Of a stretch of 25,305 nt of DNA, positions 1 through 8,339 are shown piece after piece (the first letter of the stretch is position 1; the number at the start of each line of letters is the position of its first letter). The notes under the pieces were generated by a model, which was not told the origin of the DNA, did not search any database, and saw only the letters and a program-made list of their open reading frames with translations. The stretch comes from Anaerolineae bacterium (GTDB lineage: Bacteria > Chloroflexota > Anaerolineae > 4572-78 > NAK82), in the NCBI GenBank assembly GCA_034412795.1, contig DAOUMD010000141.1:1-25305 (forward strand), written 5' to 3'. The position numbers were made by a program, and so were the translations under genes.

Positions 1-143
1 TACGAGCTCCGAGCAGGTCCGAGACCGGTGCTCTCGGCGGCAAATGTCGTGTTATGAACATGGATCAGCCGAAAAACCCCGTTTCGTGTAGAACATTTGT
101 CTAATGTGACATTGTCAAAGTAGTTACCGCTTCCAAATGGGTA

Positions 144-196
144 TTGACGACCGCGTAGAACCTGTGGTATATTGGTAACGGTACCATATGGTATGC
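144..196 (+). promoter_or_regulatory. Sigma70-like promoter (TTGACG 144-149, spacer about 18 nt, TGnTATATT 165-173) followed by a perfect 12-bp palindrome TACCATATGGTA (182-193) over the predicted TSS. Candidate LacI-type operator.
   Basis: Read directly: -35 and extended -10 hexamers. Palindrome is self-complementary. Lies about 65 bp upstream of the LacI-like ORF. Confidence 0.4.
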
Positions 197-259
197 GTGC
201 CACACCAGGCACTCGGTTGGCTCAGAAGACATCCCCTTCCCACTTCAGGTAATTGACGA

Positions 260-570
260 ATGCCCACCATACGCGATGTAGCGAAACGAGCAGGCGTCGC
301 TCCCACTCCGTCTCACGTGTCATCAATAACTCCGGCTATGTCAGCAAGAAGACGCGGCAACGCGTTGAGTCTGCAATCGCCGAGTTAGGATATGTCCCCA
401 ATACGCTAACTCGTAGCTTACGCTTTAAAAAGACGAACACGCTGGCGCTGATCGTACCCGATATTACCAACCCTTTCTGGACCACGGTTGCTTGTGGGGT
501 GGAGGACGCCGCCAGCGATCGTGACTTCAATGTAATCCTGTGCAATTTGGTTTATAATGAAAGGGGGTGA
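260..570 (+). pseudogene. LacI-family transcriptional regulator remnant: HTH plus start of the periplasmic-binding-like domain. Frameshifted near 295-300 and truncated after about 100 aa.
   Basis: ATG at 260 gives MPTIRDVAKRAGV (LacI HTH start), then the frame shifts to the ORF-track frame (SVSRVINNSGYVSKKTRQRVESAIAELGYVPN...ALIVPDITNPFW). A likely 1-nt deletion in the AGVxxTTVSRV region. Stop at 570, although LacI proteins are about 330 aa. Confidence 0.55.
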
Positions 571-742
571 GGGCCAACAAAAAGGGAAGCCTGTGGCCGC
601 CATCTATCCCCCTGAGTAGATGGTAATTGCGTCATGAATGTCTTCCACTCAGCACCTTTAGAATCAGGGACAGAACAGCCGGCTGGGCAGCCGGCTCGGT
701 ATCCACTCTCACAGTAGTTCTATCACTCAAGGAGGAGATCCG

Positions 743-2326
743 ATGAAATCCAGACTTTGGATGCTGGTGGCGGTGATCTTGATCATCGCCCTTTCAGCCT
801 GCGTTGCTCCGACACCGCAGACAGTAGTTGAAACGGTCGTCGTTGAGAAAGAGGTGGAGAAAGAGGTGGTAGTTACACAGGAGGTGGAGGTCGAGAAAGA
901 AGTCGAAGTCGTGGTCACCCCCACAGCCGAGGCCAAGCCCTACGAAGGGGTCGAAGTCAACGTCCTGACCTTCACCGGCCCTCAGATCGCCGAGCCGCTC
1001 CAACGCCGTGGGCCTGACTTCACCGAGCTGACCGGGGCCAAGATCAACGTGATTGTCGTCCCCTTCAACGAGCTGTATCAGAAGCTGTTGACTGATATGG
1101 CAACCGGGACGAACAGCTTCGATGCCTTTGTCTTTGCGCCCCAGTGGATGGTGGATTACATCACCCCTGGTTACCTGGAAGTCTTGACCGACCGGATAGC
1201 GGCCGACCCCGATTTGCAGTGGGGGGACGTGGCCCCCTTCTTCCGTGACTTCAGCGCCAGCTACCAGGGCGACATCTACACCATCCCGCTGGATGGTGAC
1301 TTCCACATGGGCTACTACCGCAGCGATCTGATCGATGAAGCACCCAGAACGTGGGAAGAATACCTCGAAATCGCCGCAGAGTTCCACGGCCAGGACCTCA
1401 ACGGAGACGGCGACCCTGACTACGGCTCCTGCATCTCTAAGAAGCGCGGCGCCCAGGCTTACTGGTTCATCACCGATTTCGCTGCGCCGATGATTCAGAG
1501 CCAGGGAACCTCCCAGGGCACGTTCTTCGATTTGGAGACAATGGAACCGTTGGTGAACAACGAAGCCTTCGCCAGAGCATTAGAGCTTTACGATGCGACC
1601 ACCCAGTATGGCCCACCGGACGAGCTGAACTTGGACGTGGGCGACACGCGCAGCCTCTTCACCTCCGGCCGCTGCGCTTTGTCCATAGACTGGGGCGACA
1701 TCGGCACTCTGGCCATCGACCCGGAGACTTCGATCGTGCAGGACAAGACCGGTGCTATGATCGCGCCCGGTTCCACCCAGGTGCTTGACTGGGAGACCGG
1801 GGAACTGGTGGACTGTGACGAGACCACCTGCCCCTATGCGGTCGACGGCGTGAACTACGCGCCCTTCGCCGCCTATGGCGGCTGGTCGGGTGGCATCAAC
1901 GCCGCCGCCGATCCCCTCGTCAAGGACGCGGCCTACGCCTTCTTCTCCTACATGGCGCAGCCGGCCCAGGCCAACGAAGACGTCACCATCGGCAAGACAG
2001 GCTTCAACCCCTACCGCACCTCCCAGTTCCTGAACCGCCAGGCGTGGGTGGAGGCGGGCATGAGCCCGAAGGCGGCCAGTGACTACCTGGGCGCCATCGA
2101 GGGCAGCCTGGCCAGCCCGAACATGGTGCTCGACCTGCGCGTCCCGCAGAACCAACGCTATCAAGGGGTGGTCCTCGACCAGACCGTCAGCCAGTACCTG
2201 GCCGGTGAGATCACCTTAGAAGAAGCTATGCAGCAGATCTACGACGGCTGGGAGGAGATCACCGAGGAGCTGGGCCGCGAGGAGCAGCTTGAGGCTTACC
2301 GCGGCACCCTGGGTGTCACCAAGTAG
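743..2326 (+). CDS. ABC transporter substrate-binding lipoprotein (family 1, carbohydrate type).
   Basis: RBS AAGGAGG 7 nt upstream. Signal peptide with lipobox LSAC. E/K/V-rich linker (VEKEVEKEVVV...) typical of thermophile and Chloroflexi SBPs. SBP_bac_1-like body. Followed by two permease genes. Confidence 0.9.
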   Translation: MKSRLWMLVAVILIIALSACVAPTPQTVVETVVVEKEVEKEVVVTQEVEVEKEVEVVVTPTAEAKPYEGVEVNVLTFTGPQIAEPLQRRGPDFTELTGAKINVIVVPFNELYQKLLTDMATGTNSFDAFVFAPQWMVDYITPGYLEVLTDRIAADPDLQWGDVAPFFRDFSASYQGDIYTIPLDGDFHMGYYRSDLIDEAPRTWEEYLEIAAEFHGQDLNGDGDPDYGSCISKKRGAQAYWFITDFAAPMIQSQGTSQGTFFDLETMEPLVNNEAFARALELYDATTQYGPPDELNLDVGDTRSLFTSGRCALSIDWGDIGTLAIDPETSIVQDKTGAMIAPGSTQVLDWETGELVDCDETTCPYAVDGVNYAPFAAYGGWSGGINAAADPLVKDAAYAFFSYMAQPAQANEDVTIGKTGFNPYRTSQFLNRQAWVEAGMSPKAASDYLGAIEGSLASPNMVLDLRVPQNQRYQGVVLDQTVSQYLAGEITLEEAMQQIYDGWEEITEELGREEQLEAYRGTLGVTK

Positions 2327-2340
2327 TCTGATTGAAACAA

Positions 2341-2427
2341 CCTTCCCGGAAACTCCAAGTTTCCGGGAAGGTAAACCGGTCAGATGACAGCCTCAAGGCC
2401 CGACCTCGGTCGGGTCGGACCTTGAGG
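2341..2427 (+). terminator. Two intercistronic stem-loops between the SBP and permease genes: a 13-bp perfect stem 2341-2371 and an imperfect 14-bp stem 2391-2427. No U-tract, so probably mRNA-stabilising or attenuating hairpins.
   Basis: CCTTCCCGGAAAC / GTTTCCGGGAAGG are exact reverse complements. The second hairpin is CCTCAAGGCCCGAC...GTCGGACCTTGAGG. Confidence 0.5.
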
Positions 2428-2461
2428 CTCCCTCCCTGATCCCCTGGAGGTGAGACAGTCA

Positions 2462-3634
2462 ATGCAAGTTGAACCAACAACTCAGGAGCCGACCGGGTCC
2501 GCTGCTGGCCTTGAGACCAATCGCGAACGGCAAAGCCGATTTCATGCGCTAGGCACTTATTCAGAACGTGTGGCGGGCAATGTGTTTATATTGCCCGCGG
2601 TCTTGGTTGTGCTCTTCCTGGCAATTTTCCCCTTGATCATCTCCCTGTATCTGTCGCTGTCACGCTTTAAGTTCGTCAAGGGCGGTTTTGAGTTCAAGTT
2701 TGTGGGACTGGCTAACTATAAGAAACTGCTGAGCGGCAGCGAAAAGACACACTTTTTGGGCTCAATGACCGATCCATCACCGCTTGGTTGGTTGATCTTT
2801 GGGGGCGTTGTTGTGCTCCTTATCCTGTCTCTGGTACGCTATTTCCGAGGCGAGCAGATATCTGTCGGAGGAGCGATTGGGCGTGTCCTGGCGGCCGTGG
2901 TTGTGGCCCTGCTCACCTGGCTCCTGGTGCGTACGCTTAGCCCCGATGGCCGGCCAGGCACTGTCGTCGTGACTCTGCTCTATGTGTTTGTTGGCATCGC
3001 CATCCAGTATTCCCTGGGACTTGGACTGTCACTGCTGGCCACCCAACGTCTTCCTGGTCGGCGTTTCTTTCGCGTGGTTTTCTTGCTGCCCATGATGATC
3101 ACCCCGGTAGGGGTGGCCTATATGTTCCGCATGTTGACCGATACCGACAAGGGACCCTTTCAGCCCATCTGGCAGGCGTTGGGGCTGGGACTCTATTCCT
3201 GGGTCAACGATCCTTGGGGCGCGCGGGCGGCGGTGATGATCGGCGACATCTGGCAATGGACCCCCTTCATGTTCATCGTGCTGCTGGCCGCCCTGGAGGG
3301 CCAATCGCTCGAGCTTTTAGAAGCTGCCCTGGTGGACGGGGCCAGCCGATGGCAGACTTTCTGGAAAATCACTTTTCCCCAGATCTTGCCCGTCAGCACC
3401 ACCTTGATCCTGATTCGTATGATCGAGGCCTTCAAGATTGTGGATTTACCTAACGTGTTGACCAACGGCGGGCCAGGTACGGCCACCGAGTCGATGACGC
3501 TGCAGGCCTTCATCACGTGGCGTGCCCTTGACCTGGGTGGGTCGGCGGCTATCGCCTATATGCTGCTTTTCCTGGTCACGTTTATCGGATTGGCTTATGT
3601 CAATCTAGTTCGTGGCCGCGTCGCGGAGGTGTGA
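2462..3634 (+). CDS. ABC transporter permease (MalF/UgpA-like, binding-protein-dependent transport inner-membrane component).
   Basis: RBS GGAGGTGA before ATG 2462 (the ORF-track start at 2450 is GTG). Multi-TM protein with a permease signature region. The extra central hydrophobic insert is MalF-like. Confidence 0.85.
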   Translation: MQVEPTTQEPTGSAAGLETNRERQSRFHALGTYSERVAGNVFILPAVLVVLFLAIFPLIISLYLSLSRFKFVKGGFEFKFVGLANYKKLLSGSEKTHFLGSMTDPSPLGWLIFGGVVVLLILSLVRYFRGEQISVGGAIGRVLAAVVVALLTWLLVRTLSPDGRPGTVVVTLLYVFVGIAIQYSLGLGLSLLATQRLPGRRFFRVVFLLPMMITPVGVAYMFRMLTDTDKGPFQPIWQALGLGLYSWVNDPWGARAAVMIGDIWQWTPFMFIVLLAALEGQSLELLEAALVDGASRWQTFWKITFPQILPVSTTLILIRMIEAFKIVDLPNVLTNGGPGTATESMTLQAFITWRALDLGGSAAIAYMLLFLVTFIGLAYVNLVRGRVAEV

Positions 3635-3638
3635 CCAG

Positions 3639-4670
3639 ATGATTAAGAACTTGTTCCGGCGCAAATCACTTATGGCCCTATCGCCCGCGGGGATGATATT
3701 GTCATATCTGGTATTGGGATCCTGGACCTTGGTGGTGCTCTTCCCACTCTATTGGCTTCTGGTTACCTCGTTTAAGCTGCCCATCGACGTAAACATGGGC
3801 CCGTTTTACATTCCCTTTGTTGATTTCCAACCATCCCTCCACGCATGGGAGTACATCCTGGTTGGCGACCTGGCCAACGACACCAAGCGGAACTTTATGA
3901 ACACACTGATTGTAGCGCCTATCAGCGCCTCGCTGGCTCTGTTATTGGGGACGGGCGCAGCCTATGGTCTGACCCGCTTCGATTACCGGCCGCGCTTAGG
4001 CGCGATCCTGGCCTTCATCGGTTGCCTGGCATTGGTCATCTTTGCTATTACGCTGGGAGTTCCCTGGCAGATTGCTATAGCCGTCGGCGTCGTTCTCTTT
4101 ATCCTTTTCCTGCAAACTATTGGTAAACGCCTGAGGCGATCTCTGGCCAACAACGACATTGCCTTCTGGTTGATCTCCCAGCGCATGCTGCCTCCCGTGG
4201 CGGTGGTCATCCCCATCTACGTGTTGTTCCAGCGTCTGAAGCTGTTGGATACCCACAGCGCCTTGATCATCACCTATCTGGCCATCAACCTGCCCATCGT
4301 GGTCTGGCTGATGCGTGATTATTTCCAGACCATTCCGCTAGAGCTGGAAGAGTGCGCCCAAATCGATGGTGCGTCGCGCTATCGGACCTTCTGGTCGATT
4401 GTGTTGCCTCTGGCCGTTCCGGGTCTGGTAGCCACCTTCCTATTCGTGCTGGTTTTCGCCTGGAACGAGTACCTGCTGGCCTTATTCCTTTCGGGGGCGA
4501 AGTCCCAGACGTTGCCATTGACAATAGCTGCCCAGAACGCCACCCGCGGACCCCAATGGTGGTATATGTCGGTCCTGATTCTGATCATGATCATGCCCGT
4601 GATCCTCATCGCCATCCTTTTGGAACGCTACATTGCGCGCGGTTTGCTGGTCGGCGCTGTCAAGGGCTGA
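3639..4670 (+). CDS. ABC transporter permease (MalG/UgpE-like).
   Basis: GGAGG 9 nt upstream of ATG 3639. Stop/start arrangement gtgTGAccagATG with the previous gene. Multi-TM protein with an EAA-like loop region (ECAQIDGASRYRTFWSIVLP). Confidence 0.85.
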   Translation: MIKNLFRRKSLMALSPAGMILSYLVLGSWTLVVLFPLYWLLVTSFKLPIDVNMGPFYIPFVDFQPSLHAWEYILVGDLANDTKRNFMNTLIVAPISASLALLLGTGAAYGLTRFDYRPRLGAILAFIGCLALVIFAITLGVPWQIAIAVGVVLFILFLQTIGKRLRRSLANNDIAFWLISQRMLPPVAVVIPIYVLFQRLKLLDTHSALIITYLAINLPIVVWLMRDYFQTIPLELEECAQIDGASRYRTFWSIVLPLAVPGLVATFLFVLVFAWNEYLLALFLSGAKSQTLPLTIAAQNATRGPQWWYMSVLILIMIMPVILIAILLERYIARGLLVGAVKG

Positions 4671-4738
4671 CCGGCTAGCCGTCGGTCAAGTTATCACAAC
4701 TAAGTACAGCGATGCGTAAATTCGCTTCGAGTATCGTG

Positions 4739-4775
4739 CATGTCATTCAGGATGACGTGTCATTCAGTATGACGT
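4739..4775. promoter_or_regulatory. Tandem operator-like repeat GTCATTCAG[G/T]ATGACGT x2 (alternating GTCAT/ATGAC half-sites).
   Basis: Direct reading: tgtcattcaggatgacgtgtcattcagtatgacgtg. Confidence 0.3.
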
Positions 4776-5179
4776 GGCTGCCGGAAACCCGTTGCAAATT
4801 TTGCTACAAGTGGGTCTGTGACCCGCGTTCTCAACTGGTGCACAGTCGTTGACCAGGCAAAGTCGGGGGTCGCAGACCCATAGGCATCAAGCTAATAATT
4901 AGGGTAACTAAACCCGCGACAAGGGCGGAATAGCTCTTTCCGTCCGATTCGGGGCTGAAACTGGCAAATGCTGGGTGATCCGGCGCTGTTTTCAGCCCGG
5001 AAACTTCATTTCCGGGCGACACGCAGCCAGCCGCCCGCCATGAATATACAAAAATCTACCATCGCTTACGGCAACTTACCTTGTTTATTAACTTGATGCG
5101 TATGGGTCGCAGACCCCCTCCGAGCACAACATAACATTGTCAAAGTATTATAACGTCATTCTCAACAGTGAGGTAGAAA

Positions 5180-6289
5180 ATGAAATCCCTATCCGAAACA
5201 ACCATCCACATCACCCCTCAATACTTCACTGGGGGCGAAACGACTCTAGTCGAAGCTGGCGCGTTATCAGCCTCCACGTTCTTATTCGAAAGCGGTGTAT
5301 GCGGGCTGCGCCTCAAGAATGAGTTGGGCCAACTGGTAACCCTGCCCTTCCAGGGACAGCAGATCTGGTCGGCCGAGTTCGGTGGTCGCAACCTGACCAT
5401 GAAATCTATGTTCGACCAGCCACGCCCCACCCGCGAATACCTGGAGACCTACGGCGGTTTTTTACTCCACTGTGGGGTAACCGCGATGGGTGTGCCTACT
5501 GCCGAAGACACCCATCCTCTACACGGTGAATTGCCCAATGCGCCCTATCAGAAGGCCTATCTGGTCGTCGGCCAGGATGACGGCCAGGGTGGCATGGGGT
5601 CCTACATAGGGCTGGGGGGTACCTATCAGCATACCGTCGCCTTTAACCACAATTACATCGCCCAGCCGCTGATCAAGCTTTACGCCGGCTCCAGCCTGTT
5701 CAGGGTGACCATGACCGTCACCAACTTGAAGCAGTCCGAGATGGAGTTTATGTACCTGGCCCATGTCAATTTCAGACCGGTGGATAACGGGCGCTTGGTA
5801 TATAGCGCTCCGTGTAACCCCGAACACGTGCGTGTGCGCAGGAGCATCCCCTCCCACGTCAAGCCTCCTCCGGGTTACGTCGAGTTTCTTGATGAACTGG
5901 AGCGGCAGCCTGAAAGGCACAACCTGCTGGCTCCCGACCTGCCCTTTGATCCGGAGGTGGTTTTCTTCATCGATTACCTGGCTGATGAAGACGGATGGGC
6001 GCATACTATGCAAATCCACCCGGATGGGAGCGCCGATTACATTCGCCACCGCCCCGATCAATTAGACACGGGCGTCCGCTGGATCTCTCGCACCGGGGAT
6101 CAAGACGCGCTGGGCCTTATCCTGCCGGCCACCGCCGAGCCGGAAGGCTACCTGGCCGAGAAGGACAAGGGGAATATCAAAATCGTCCCACCCAAGGGTG
6201 TATTCCAGCTCGAAATGGAGATGGGGACTTTGACACCGGATGAGGCCCAGCGCATGGGTGAGAAGATCACGCAAATATTGGCCAGTTAG
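5180..6289 (+). CDS. DUF4432 / aldose-1-epimerase-like (mutarotase-fold) protein. Likely sugar-metabolism partner of the ABC importer.
   Basis: RBS GAGGTAG before ATG. 369 aa. HPLHGEL motif and overall pattern recalled from DUF4432-family proteins. Assignment made from memory only. Confidence 0.55.
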   Translation: MKSLSETTIHITPQYFTGGETTLVEAGALSASTFLFESGVCGLRLKNELGQLVTLPFQGQQIWSAEFGGRNLTMKSMFDQPRPTREYLETYGGFLLHCGVTAMGVPTAEDTHPLHGELPNAPYQKAYLVVGQDDGQGGMGSYIGLGGTYQHTVAFNHNYIAQPLIKLYAGSSLFRVTMTVTNLKQSEMEFMYLAHVNFRPVDNGRLVYSAPCNPEHVRVRRSIPSHVKPPPGYVEFLDELERQPERHNLLAPDLPFDPEVVFFIDYLADEDGWAHTMQIHPDGSADYIRHRPDQLDTGVRWISRTGDQDALGLILPATAEPEGYLAEKDKGNIKIVPPKGVFQLEMEMGTLTPDEAQRMGEKITQILAS

Positions 6290-6296
6290 ATATGGC

Positions 6297-6535
6297 ATAG
6301 TTCATTTTGCCAAGAGAACTGGTAAACAATTTGGCCTGCTTTGCCAGACAAATTCGTAAAACGTAAGGCGTAAAGCGTAATGATTCTGGGCGAATGCGCC
6401 TGGCAAATGTGCCTTCAAGTAATCCACCGAAATAAATTACACGGAGACGCGGGCTTCCAGGCTTCATAGCAACATCAGAACCGTGCAGATAATTTCGGTG
6501 GATTACTCACGCATCACGTTTTACGTTTTACGAGG
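6297..6535. repeat. Copy 1 of a structured repeat element with nested inverted repeats (MITE-like or structured-RNA-like).
   Basis: 6297-6481 is about 95% identical (9 mismatches in 185) to 25121-25305. Internal IRs: AGTAATCCACCGAAAT (6418-6433) / ATTTCGGTGGATTACT (6492-6507); CGTAAAACGTAA (6355-6366) / TTACGTTTTACG (6521-6532); TTTGCCAG / CTGGCAAA. Confidence 0.7.
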
Positions 6536-6577
6536 TTACTACCCTTGATTTGACCGGTAAGAAGTGTCAACCAAATA

Positions 6578-6889
6578 GTGAAGCATCCCGACGTAACTGT
6601 GAAGATTGACGCCCATCAGCATTTTTGGCGCTACACGCCGCAAGAATACGGTTGGATCAACCAGGATATGGCAATTCTCCCAACGGATTTCCACCCATAT
6701 CTCGAAGTTGTCTTTGAGGCTTTTGGCCCTCACCGGATCATGTTTGGCTCTGACTGGCCAGTTTGTACCCTAGCGGGTACCTATGCCCATGTGACCGGCA
6801 TCGTCTCCGACTATACCCAAGCGCTTTCGTCCGAAGAGCAGGCCCATGTCTGGGGCGGTACTGCCAGAAAGTTCTATGGGCTGGAGTAG
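6578..6889 (+). pseudogene. Amidohydrolase-2 (TIM-barrel metal-dependent hydrolase) remnant with an internal deletion: N-terminal HxH motif fused to the C-terminal FGSDWP segment.
   Basis: IDAHQHFW (N-terminal metal ligands) and RIMFGSDWP (C-terminal Asp motif) lie only about 60 aa apart. Intact family members are about 280 aa. GTG start. Confidence 0.5.
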
Positions 6890-6917
6890 TGCGTGAAGTG
6901 GAAAGCGATACCTGCCC

Positions 6918-7151
6918 TTACAACCAACGGATGGCTTTGCTTGGACAACTACGGACGCACTTCTTGCATCCTTTGCATGCCATCGCATAATCGACATGAG
7001 CATGGCGGTGCTGGAATAGAATAGCTTTTCCCAGGACATGGTTAGGACACGATTCCACGCATTTCCAGCAGGCCTGGCACCTGTTGGTGTTGAGCTCGAT
7101 ATACTTTGTCCTCACGTGCCTTGGTAATGGTAAGTGCAGTTTTATAGTCAT
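6918..7151 (-). CDS. 2[4Fe-4S] dicluster ferredoxin-domain protein.
   Basis: Two CxxCxxCxxxCP motifs (CQACWKCVESCP and CKGCKKCVRSCP). GGTGA RBS 6 nt before ATG. Confidence 0.7.
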   Translation of the reverse strand: MTIKLHLPLPRHVRTKYIELNTNRCQACWKCVESCPNHVLGKAILFQHRHAHVDYAMACKGCKKCVRSCPSKAIRWL

Positions 7152-7299
7152 TGCCGTTCACCGCGATATTGTTGAGAGAATAGACTGCAATTAGTTTTGC
7201 TCCAAGGGGATTGCCAAATCGCCGTTTAAGGCACAAAAGGCCAGGATTTGACAATCCCTGGCGAGCAAACAAGTATGGGCCTATTTACGCCGACATGTA

Positions 7300-7551
7300 C
7301 TAGCTTTGGAACAAGCGGCGCAGTTGGATTTGTATCCAGGGCAGATGAAGGAGCAAATGTAAACCAATCGTGAAACACAGGGCAATCCCGGCTACACCAT
7401 GTAAACAATGAAACATAAAACGGACATGCACTTCATGCGGTGGGACAATGTGCTTCATCAGGGCAGAGATCGCGACGGTTACTAAAAACGCAAAAAGGAG
7501 AAGGTCTATCACCAAATGCGTTCGGGGTTTCACGCCTTTTTTGATCATAGG
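7300..7551 (-). CDS. Small His-rich integral membrane protein (2 TM), possibly DUF4405-like partner of the ferredoxin.
   Basis: RBS GGAGGCGG before ATG at 7551 (MIKKGVKPRTHLVIDLLLFAFL...). Two hydrophobic helices with conserved His residues. Operonic with TetR upstream and ferredoxin downstream. The family name is a guess. Confidence 0.45.
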   Translation of the reverse strand, partial: PMIKKGVKPRTHLVIDLLLFAFLVTVAISALMKHIVPPHEVHVRFMFHCLHGVAGIALCFTIGLHLLLHLPWIQIQLRRLFQS

Positions 7552-7589
7552 ACTTCCGCCTCCAAATCGTGCAAGTCTTGAGAAACAGG

Positions 7590-8189
7590 TCAAATATCGG
7601 GCGGTTCACTCTTGAGGATTCCAAACAACAAGATATCCGTCATGATGCGGTACAATTCTGCATTAGATAATCCAAACGATTTAAATCTGGGGTTATCAAA
7701 GAAATTGACTATCAATTCCCAGAATATGGCATGGACAATTGGCTGATTCAGACCATGCCTCAGTAATCCCTGGCGCTCTGCCATAGCGAAAATATGGTCA
7801 AATATGCCATTCAACGTAACAGCGCGCGCTTCTTGGATCGAGGCGTAAACATCGGGGTAGAGTCGCTGCAACTCATCAAATCGTGCAGAAATATCACCTG
7901 GAGGCAGAGTGCTCAGATCTTCTCCCATCTGGTCCAGGACATTCTTCCAGTCAGCTTGTGGGTTCTGCTTCAGATTGGCCAGGCCTTTCTGAAACACTTG
8001 CTCGATACGGAGAAATGCTTCGCGAACCAGATCTTGTTTATTTGAGAAGTAACGATAGACGGTGATACGGGTCACGCCAGCGTGATAAGCGATTTCGTTG
8101 ACGCTGGTTTTGTTAATCCCCCTCTCCAAGAACAACGCCAGGGCAGAGAGTACGATCTTTTCTCCAGTCGGTCCTTCAGCTTGACTCAT
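7590..8189 (-). CDS. TetR/AcrR-family transcriptional regulator.
   Basis: N-terminal HTH (KIVLSALALFLERGINKTSVNEIAYHAGVTRITVYRYFSNKQDL), typical of TetR_N. About 200 aa. Confidence 0.85.
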   Translation of the reverse strand: MSQAEGPTGEKIVLSALALFLERGINKTSVNEIAYHAGVTRITVYRYFSNKQDLVREAFLRIEQVFQKGLANLKQNPQADWKNVLDQMGEDLSTLPPGDISARFDELQRLYPDVYASIQEARAVTLNGIFDHIFAMAERQGLLRHGLNQPIVHAIFWELIVNFFDNPRFKSFGLSNAELYRIMTDILLFGILKSEPPDI

Positions 8190-8232
8190 GATACAATAGT
8201 ATCATAAAGTGTATCATTTGTCAATAGCTCAT
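8187..8232. promoter_or_regulatory. Candidate TetR operator. Inverted repeat ATGATAC-AATA-GTATCAT overlaps the tetR start codon, with a further GTATCAT half-site 10 bp away.
   Basis: Direct reading of tcATGATACAATAGTATCATaaagtGTATCATttg. Confidence 0.4.
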
Positions 8233-8244
8233 CGCCCCGCTACG

Positions 8245-8300
8245 ATCTTTGAATACTTGACAAATCTTTCAATTTGGATTAAAATGAAAGTATTCGAAAC
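8245..8300 (+). promoter_or_regulatory. Promoter for the DeoR-family gene: TTGACA (8259-8264), N17, TAAAAT. Flanked by inverted repeat GAATACTT...AAGTATTC.
   Basis: Hexamers and IR read directly. Lies 45-80 bp upstream of ATG 8340. Confidence 0.4.
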
Positions 8301-8339
8301 TAGCTTGATAAAACTGAGGACAGGCAGCAACTATCGAAA

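Noticed and set aside
794-2164. Long minus-strand ORFs (794-1387, 1580-2164) antisense to the SBP gene.
   Set aside because: They lie entirely inside a well-supported plus-strand CDS. High GC makes spurious antisense ORFs common. No RBS or recognisable domains.
6267-6467. Near-identical small minus-strand ORFs (6267-6467 and 25010-25291: MKPGSPRLRVIYFGG...).
   Set aside because: They lie inside the two copies of the structured repeat element. Conservation is explained by the DNA repeat, and they have no RBS or features.
7042-7408. Minus-strand ORFs 7042-7272 and 7226-7408, between or overlapping the ferredoxin and the small membrane gene.
   Set aside because: They overlap better-supported genes, have no RBS or motif, and are probably non-coding spacer.
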